A stretch of 64,000 nt of DNA from Ferruginibacter sp. (GTDB taxonomy: Bacteria; Bacteroidota; Bacteroidia; Chitinophagales; Chitinophagaceae): positions 595 to 64,594 of the forward strand of contig JBKJPN010000204.1 in the NCBI GenBank assembly GCA_046595125.1, in the 5' to 3' direction. Position 1 is the stretch's first letter; each line of letters starts with the position of its first letter. The position numbers and the translations under genes are program-made. Below are positions 58,615-64,000 of the stretch, piece by piece. The notes beneath the pieces are model-generated. The model did no database searches and had not been told where the DNA came from. It worked only from the letters and a program-made list of their open reading frames with translations.

Positions 58615-59022
58615 TTATTGCCGAAGTAAATATTTTTTATAACAAAAGATATAAGCGATTAGAATTCCAAAGCTATCGGCCGCCCAGTCTAAAAGATCAA
58701 AGTCGCGTTGTGGAATAAAGAATTTCTGCATAAACTCGGTAGTAATGCCCCAAATACAGGCTGCAATGGCAATTTTGATGGCGGTGTTCTTTTTAATAGC
58801 AAGCGGTAGTATAAGTTTGGTAACTGGGTAAATAAATAAAAATGTAAGTACACAAAACAAACCTGCATGCACCCATTTATCAAAATAGATAGCATCTAAA
58901 AAAGCGCTCAACCAGCTTTCAATTTCGGGCATATCGCTGCCGGGCAGGCAAAGTAATATCAACACAAGAAAAAACCAGGCAATGCCTGGTATAAATTTTT
59001 TTATAACCGATTGATTATTCAT
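58615..59022 (-). CDS. VanZ family membrane protein
   Basis: DKWVHAGLF, TEFMQ..R.FDLLDWAADSFG. Confidence 0.85.
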   Translation of the reverse strand: MNNQSVIKKFIPGIAWFFLVLILLCLPGSDMPEIESWLSAFLDAIYFDKWVHAGLFCVLTFLFIYPVTKLILPLAIKKNTAIKIAIAACIWGITTEFMQKFFIPQRDFDLLDWAADSFGILIAYIFCYKKYLLRQ

Positions 59023-59032
59023 AGAGAAAATT

Positions 59033-59410
59033 CTATCCTACAGAAGCTGTGTAAGCTGCAGCATCCATCAGGGCTTCAACATCTGTCGGGTTATCTACGG
59101 TCATCTTAACCATCCAACCATCGCCATAAGGATCGCTGTTTACTAACTCGGGTTGGGCATCCAATTTCGGATTAACCTCGGTAACAGTACCTGCAACTGG
59201 TAAGAAAAGATCGCTTACTGTTTTAACTGCTTCAACAGTACCAAAAATTTCTTCGGCAGCTAGCGGTTTTCCTTTTGATGTTACATCAATGTAAACAATA
59301 TCACCCAGCTCACGTTGAGCAAAATCGGTAACGCCAATAGTGGCAATATTACCTTCTAATGAAACCCATTCGTGGTCTTTGGTGTAGCGTAAGTTCTCTG
59401 GAAAATTCAT
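59033..59410 (-). CDS. gcvH: Glycine cleavage system H protein
   Basis: [22 protein letters not shown] lipoyl-Lys, NSDPYGDGW. Confidence 0.96.
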   Translation of the reverse strand: MNFPENLRYTKDHEWVSLEGNIATIGVTDFAQRELGDIVYIDVTSKGKPLAAEEIFGTVEAVKTVSDLFLPVAGTVTEVNPKLDAQPELVNSDPYGDGWMVKMTVDNPTDVEALMDAAAYTASVG

Positions 59411-59478
59411 TTTATCTAGTTTGAAGTTAACTGAATCGGGTGCAAAATAAGGATTTTAGACCGAAGTGATATGTCGTT

Positions 59479-60264
59479 TTACTTTATCAGCTCCATATAC
59501 ATGCGAATATCGCCAACTGGCCGATCGCCGTATTGTTTTGGAGCCGAAGCTATCTTGTCGATTACCTCAAAGCCGCTTTCCACTTCCCCAAATACAGTAT
59601 AATTCATGTCTAATTGAGCGGTTCCTCCTACGGTTTTATATAATTTCCTTTGTGCTGGCGAATATTTAAAGCCTCTTTGCATTTCAAACATGTTCAATTC
59701 TTCGTCGGTCCAGATTTTACCTTGTACAATATAAAACTGACATCCGCTGCTTGCTTTTTCGGGATTGCCAGTACGGGCTGCAGCCAATGCTCCTTTTTTA
59801 TGAAACAAGCTAGTGTCGAATTCGGCGGGTACTAAATAACCTACATCACCGTTTCCAAGCTGTTGCCCCGGCATGGCATTTTTGCTGATTGGGTCGCCGC
59901 CTTGAATCATAAATCCTTGAATAATGCGGTGAAATAACAAGCTGTCGAAAAACTTTTGACCAACTAGTTTGCTAAAATTATCACGATGCAGCGGTGTTTT
60001 ATCATACAGGCGGATAATCATTACACCCGAATCGGTCGTAACTTTTACTCTTATTCCAGGAATTTTAACGGCAACTGTAGGTTTAACTATTGGCTTTACC
60101 GTAGTAACTGGTTTTTTAGCCACCGGTTTAGCAGTGGTTGTTTTCTTTACTACAGGAGCGGCAGGTTTGATTACAGGTTTGGTTAATGGTTTTGTTTGCG
60201 CATGGAGCGAAAGACTGCCTAAAGTAATTGCAATCACTGCAATTAATGATTTCATTGTTGTCAT
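59479..60264 (-). CDS. Cyclophilin-type peptidylprolyl isomerase with Pro/Lys-rich N-terminal linker
   Basis: FHRIIQGFMIQGGDP, ALAAAR, SGCQFYIVQG, YTVFGEV. Confidence 0.93.
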   Translation of the reverse strand: MTTMKSLIAVIAITLGSLSLHAQTKPLTKPVIKPAAPVVKKTTTAKPVAKKPVTTVKPIVKPTVAVKIPGIRVKVTTDSGVMIIRLYDKTPLHRDNFSKLVGQKFFDSLLFHRIIQGFMIQGGDPISKNAMPGQQLGNGDVGYLVPAEFDTSLFHKKGALAAARTGNPEKASSGCQFYIVQGKIWTDEELNMFEMQRGFKYSPAQRKLYKTVGGTAQLDMNYTVFGEVESGFEVIDKIASAPKQYGDRPVGDIRMYMELIK

Positions 60265-60270
60265 AAATAT

Positions 60271-60624
60271 TTAGTCTATAAAATTTTGATTTTTAAAATA
60301 AAGTAAGATATGGTCTTTTAAGAAATTTTCCTGTTCAATCATAATAAAACCCGGTAATGGTTGTAACTGTTTAAAGTGGGGCCAGCCTTCTTCGTCGTTT
60401 CCTTCGTTTACATAATAACCGCTCAGCGCTAGTACTGTGCAAACGGCAATATGCATCAGGTCTTGTTTTTCTTCTTTGCTGAATTCTTGCTTGCCGCTGC
60501 CCAGTTCCTGTATGCCGATGAGAAAAAGAATGCCGTCCATATCGGGCTTAATGCCGAAGCGTTCTTTTAATTTGATACGGAGTTTAAGCCAGCGAACCTG
60601 TAAATCTTCTTGTAGGTGTTGCAT
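60271..60624 (-). CDS. Conserved hypothetical protein
   Basis: LFLIGIQELG, KEEKQDLMHIAVC, GWPHF; TATATTTG 4 nt before the ATG. Confidence 0.75.
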   Translation of the reverse strand: MQHLQEDLQVRWLKLRIKLKERFGIKPDMDGILFLIGIQELGSGKQEFSKEEKQDLMHIAVCTVLALSGYYVNEGNDEEGWPHFKQLQPLPGFIMIEQENFLKDHILLYFKNQNFID

Positions 60625-60757
60625 TGTGCAAATATAAAAAAGAAACCCCATCGAACTACGTTCTTTCCCTTGGCAGGGAACCTAAAGGGGGAACTTATTA
60701 TGCGAAGATTATGATAAAGGTTGCAAATTGTATCTTTGGCAAAATTTTTTAAGATAC

Positions 60758-62032
60758 ATGTTACAGATCAGTTATATCAGGCAGAACACGGACTTAGTGA
60801 AAGAAAAATTAGCGGTTAAAAACATTACCGATTTATCGGTGGTAGATAAATTACTGGAGGCAGATGAACAAGTTCGTAAGTTAAAAACCGAAACCGAAGC
60901 TTTGCAGGCGGGCATTAATGCGGCCAGCAAAGAAATTGGTATGCTGATGGCAAAAGGTGAAAAAGAAGCTGCCGAAAATAAAAAGCAAGAAGTAGCTGCT
61001 CACAAAACTTCTTTACAAAATCTTGCCCAGCAACTTGCCGACACCGAAAAACAATTGCATGATGAATTGATTTTGTTACCAAACCTGCCCCACACATCTG
61101 TACCAAAAGGAAAAACACCCGAGGAAAATGAAACGGTAAGAGAAGGCGGAACCAAACCAACTTTGCCGACAACTGCGGTACCCCATTGGGATTTGATAAA
61201 AACATACGATCTGGTAGATTTTGAAACCGGTGCAAAAATTACCGGCAGCGGATTCCCTTTATTTAAAGGGAAAGGCGCAAAACTGCAACGGGCGTTAATT
61301 CAATATTTTTTAGACTATAATACTGCTGCGGGTTATACCGAATATTTACCGCCGCTGATGGTGAATGAAGCAAGTGCTTATGGAACAGGACAGCTACCCG
61401 ATAAAGAAGGACAGATGTACCACATGCCTGCTGATGGATTTTACATGATACCAACCGCCGAAGTACCGGTTACTAATATTTACCGTGATGAGATTGTAAA
61501 GGAATCAGACCTGCCGATAAAGATGACAGCGTATACTCCATGCTTTAGAAGAGAAGCCGGAAGTTTTGGTGCCGATGTACGAGGATTGAACAGGGTTCAT
61601 CAATTTGATAAGGTTGAGATTGTACAGATAGTTCATCCTGATAAGAGTTACGAAGTGCTGGAAGAAATGGTGGACCATATTGAAAAATTATTGGAGTCAC
61701 TTAAATTACCTTACCGCATTTTAAGATTGTGCGGTGGCGATATGAGTTTTGCATCTGCTCTTACTTACGATTTTGAAGTGTACAGTGCGGCACAGCAAAA
61801 ATGGCTGGAAGTAAGTTCTGTTAGTAACTTTGAAACCTTTCAAAGTAATCGCATGAAGATTCGTTTTAAAGACGGCGACAGCAAAACACAACTTGTACAT
61901 TCATTAAACGGCTCATCATTAGCACTGCCAAGAATTATGGCTTGTCTGTTGGAAAATAACCAAACCGAAAATGGAATTGATTTGCCAGAAGTGTTACACA
62001 GCTATTTTGGTAATTCAAAAATTACCGGATAG
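60758..62032 (+). CDS. serS: Serine--tRNA ligase
   Basis: IPTAEVP, FRREAGS, LNRVHQFDKVE, EVSSVSN, LNGSSLA; TATCTTTG at 60731-60738. Confidence 0.97.
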   Translation: MLQISYIRQNTDLVKEKLAVKNITDLSVVDKLLEADEQVRKLKTETEALQAGINAASKEIGMLMAKGEKEAAENKKQEVAAHKTSLQNLAQQLADTEKQLHDELILLPNLPHTSVPKGKTPEENETVREGGTKPTLPTTAVPHWDLIKTYDLVDFETGAKITGSGFPLFKGKGAKLQRALIQYFLDYNTAAGYTEYLPPLMVNEASAYGTGQLPDKEGQMYHMPADGFYMIPTAEVPVTNIYRDEIVKESDLPIKMTAYTPCFRREAGSFGADVRGLNRVHQFDKVEIVQIVHPDKSYEVLEEMVDHIEKLLESLKLPYRILRLCGGDMSFASALTYDFEVYSAAQQKWLEVSSVSNFETFQSNRMKIRFKDGDSKTQLVHSLNGSSLALPRIMACLLENNQTENGIDLPEVLHSYFGNSKITG

Positions 62033-62034
62033 TA

Positions 62035-63375
62035 TTATTTTTCGCCAACGCCTTTTTCTTTCATCAGTTTATAAATATCTGCAGGTTCTATTGGCGATTG
62101 TGGTGTTAGATTCTCAGCTCCCGTTGCCGTAATCACAATAGTATCCTCAAGCCTGATGTGAATCTTTTTTTCTTTGTCTTCCAAAATTGGTTCTACATTA
62201 AATACAACACCTTCAACAAATGGTTTATCATATGGGCCAACATCATGTACTGCCATGCCAACAAAATGTCCGATGCCTCCAACCCAATTTTTTTCAAATC
62301 CATGTTTTATAAATACATCCTTACCAATCTTTTTCAAGTCGTTTACAGTAACGCCGGGTTTCATAGCTTTTATAATTTCGGCTCGGGCTTCTTTTACACA
62401 GTCGTACATTTTAAGTTGATAAGCCGTAAACTCGCCTTGCACTGGCCATGTTCTGGTGATGTCGGTAACATAATAATTCACTTCGGGTGCATAATCAATC
62501 AGCAAAACCGTTCCGGGTTCAAGTAAATGATTGTTTGCATTGTAATGCCAGATTAGGCCTCTGTCTCCTGCAGCAGCAATGGCATAATATGCAGGGCCTG
62601 TAGTACCCATATCTTCATAAATAAAATTGCAGGCAGCCACTGTTTGGTATTCATAAATACCAGGTCTGGTAACTTTAATGGCTTCATTAATGCCCAGACA
62701 TCCAATGCGGCCGCATTCTCTTAAAACGGCAATCTCTTTTTTGTCTTTTACCCAGCGCATTTCGTCCAATATAGGGCTGATATCTTTTATTGTAGTTGAT
62801 GGAAAACGTTCTTTTATTTTATTAATGAACGTTACTTCTTTTGATAACCTACCATCCCATGGGTCGTTTATGCGGTTGACCCGGGTCATCATACATCGGT
62901 CTCGGCTCATTTCGGTTGTTTCTTGCGGAGTTGATTGCAGATAAAAAGGCTGACCGGTGGATGAATTCCTGTTCAATATTGTTGTCATCATCGTTTTAGA
63001 AATTACCCTGTCAAATTTATACAGGGCGGCCGCTTCATCGCCGGGTTTTATAATCGCTTCTGTTTTGATGTCTTTCGAAGTGATGTCGGGCACAAGTAAA
63101 ACAGATTCTTTAGTCTTTCCATCAATGATCAAAACGGCATCGGGTACTTCAACTCCAGTGAGGTAATAAAAATTATTATCCTGCCTGAATTTTACATAAG
63201 CTTCCGGTAATTCGGCCCCTTGTAATATTAAAACCCCATCGCCTATTTTTTCCATTACCTTATTGCGGCGAACTTCAAAATCCTCCGGTGTAAAATATTT
63301 CCACATGGTTTGAGAAAATGAACTTTCAGCAAAGAGTAAAAATGTACAGCAAAAAATCAGTTTCGGCAATTTCAT
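62035..63375 (-). CDS. Xaa-Pro aminopeptidase (M24B) with signal peptide
   Basis: FRQDNNFYYLTG, DITRTWP, GHFVGMAVHD, NVEP, IRLEDTI. Confidence 0.88.
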   Translation of the reverse strand: MKLPKLIFCCTFLLFAESSFSQTMWKYFTPEDFEVRRNKVMEKIGDGVLILQGAELPEAYVKFRQDNNFYYLTGVEVPDAVLIIDGKTKESVLLVPDITSKDIKTEAIIKPGDEAAALYKFDRVISKTMMTTILNRNSSTGQPFYLQSTPQETTEMSRDRCMMTRVNRINDPWDGRLSKEVTFINKIKERFPSTTIKDISPILDEMRWVKDKKEIAVLRECGRIGCLGINEAIKVTRPGIYEYQTVAACNFIYEDMGTTGPAYYAIAAAGDRGLIWHYNANNHLLEPGTVLLIDYAPEVNYYVTDITRTWPVQGEFTAYQLKMYDCVKEARAEIIKAMKPGVTVNDLKKIGKDVFIKHGFEKNWVGGIGHFVGMAVHDVGPYDKPFVEGVVFNVEPILEDKEKKIHIRLEDTIVITATGAENLTPQSPIEPADIYKLMKEKGVGEK

Positions 63376-63488
63376 AATACAGTTATTTGGTTGAACAAAA
63401 AAAGCGTGCAGTTTTTAACTATCCTAAATTTAAAATAAAAAACCATAGCAGTTTAATTTAGTGTAGATAAAAAGGATAAGCGGAAAAT

Positions 63489-64000
63489 TTATGGTTGGCT
63501 TTGTAATTGCCTGATCTTTTTATTCATCACATAAAACCAAAGCGGCGGTACCATCGCCAGAATCATACTGCCTGGGTAGCCTGTTGGTAACTGCGGAGCA
63601 TCATTGTGATGTTGCAATATCTGATATTTTCTGCTGGCCAGATAATGATGATCGCTGTGGCGGCTTAATTCAAATAACATCAGTCTTCCTAAAATATGAT
63701 TGCTGTTCCAGCTATGATGTGGCATGGCTCTTTCGTAATTTCCATCTTCCCGTTGACTGCGTTGCAAACCGTAATGCTCAATGTAGTTAACGGTTTCAAG
63801 CAATAAAAATCCAATTGTAGCAGCGATTAAAAAATATAGCGTAATCATCCACCCAAATAAAAAAACAATGGCTGTTACAAATAATAGCTGAATGATTTGC
63901 GCCTGCAGCATTTCGTTTTTCCAATGTAAAACGGGCAGGCCTTTTTTTCTCATGTCGCTGTTGGCAATTTTCCATGCAGAGATATAAGAGAAGATGACGG
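63489..64000 (-). CDS. alkB: Alkane 1-monooxygenase AlkB-like, C-terminal fragment (5' end beyond window)
   Basis: NYIEHYGL, HSWNSN, LSRHSDHH His boxes, PQLPTGYP; frame open to the window edge. Confidence 0.85.
   Translation of the reverse strand, partial: VIFSYISAWKIANSDMRKKGLPVLHWKNEMLQAQIIQLLFVTAIVFLFGWMITLYFLIAATIGFLLLETVNYIEHYGLQRSQREDGNYERAMPHHSWNSNHILGRLMLFELSRHSDHHYLASRKYQILQHHNDAPQLPTGYPGSMILAMVPPLWFYVMNKKIRQLQSQP

Noticed and set aside
1-64000. tRNA, rRNA, prophage, integrase or transposase
   Set aside because: No tRNA cloverleaf, rRNA-like tract or recombinase/transposase motif was found by eye; tRNAscan-SE and an IS search would confirm.

Overview
A 64-kb chromosomal segment of a Bacteroidota bacterium, most likely Chitinophagaceae. 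Evidence: TAnnTTTG promoters, gliding genes gldH and gldC, T9SS cargo, and uppS-bamA-skp-skp-murI and rpmH-rnpA-yidD gene orders. It is mostly housekeeping and envelope genes (pheS, serS, murA, gmk, nadK, dusB, tadA, cdsA-psd, sodA, gcvH), cut at both ends (RND permease on the left, alkB on the right). Accessory parts: an arsR-arsM-arsC operon with no efflux pump; an MBOAT-SGNH-like pair plus a 1049-aa T9SS cargo between DUF6089 and uppS; a lipoprotein plus type-B T9SS pair behind a G12 tract, with a probable frameshift; and a GxxExxY nuclease gene tightly bracketed by 31-bp inverted repeats, which looks like a minimal mobile cassette. Other signals are a probable ~80-nt small RNA or leader at 13.6 kb, dispersed REP-like and heptamer repeats, and a possible ~27-kb inversion. 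No tRNA, rRNA, CRISPR array or transposase was seen. All family calls come from motif recognition by eye, with no database searches.
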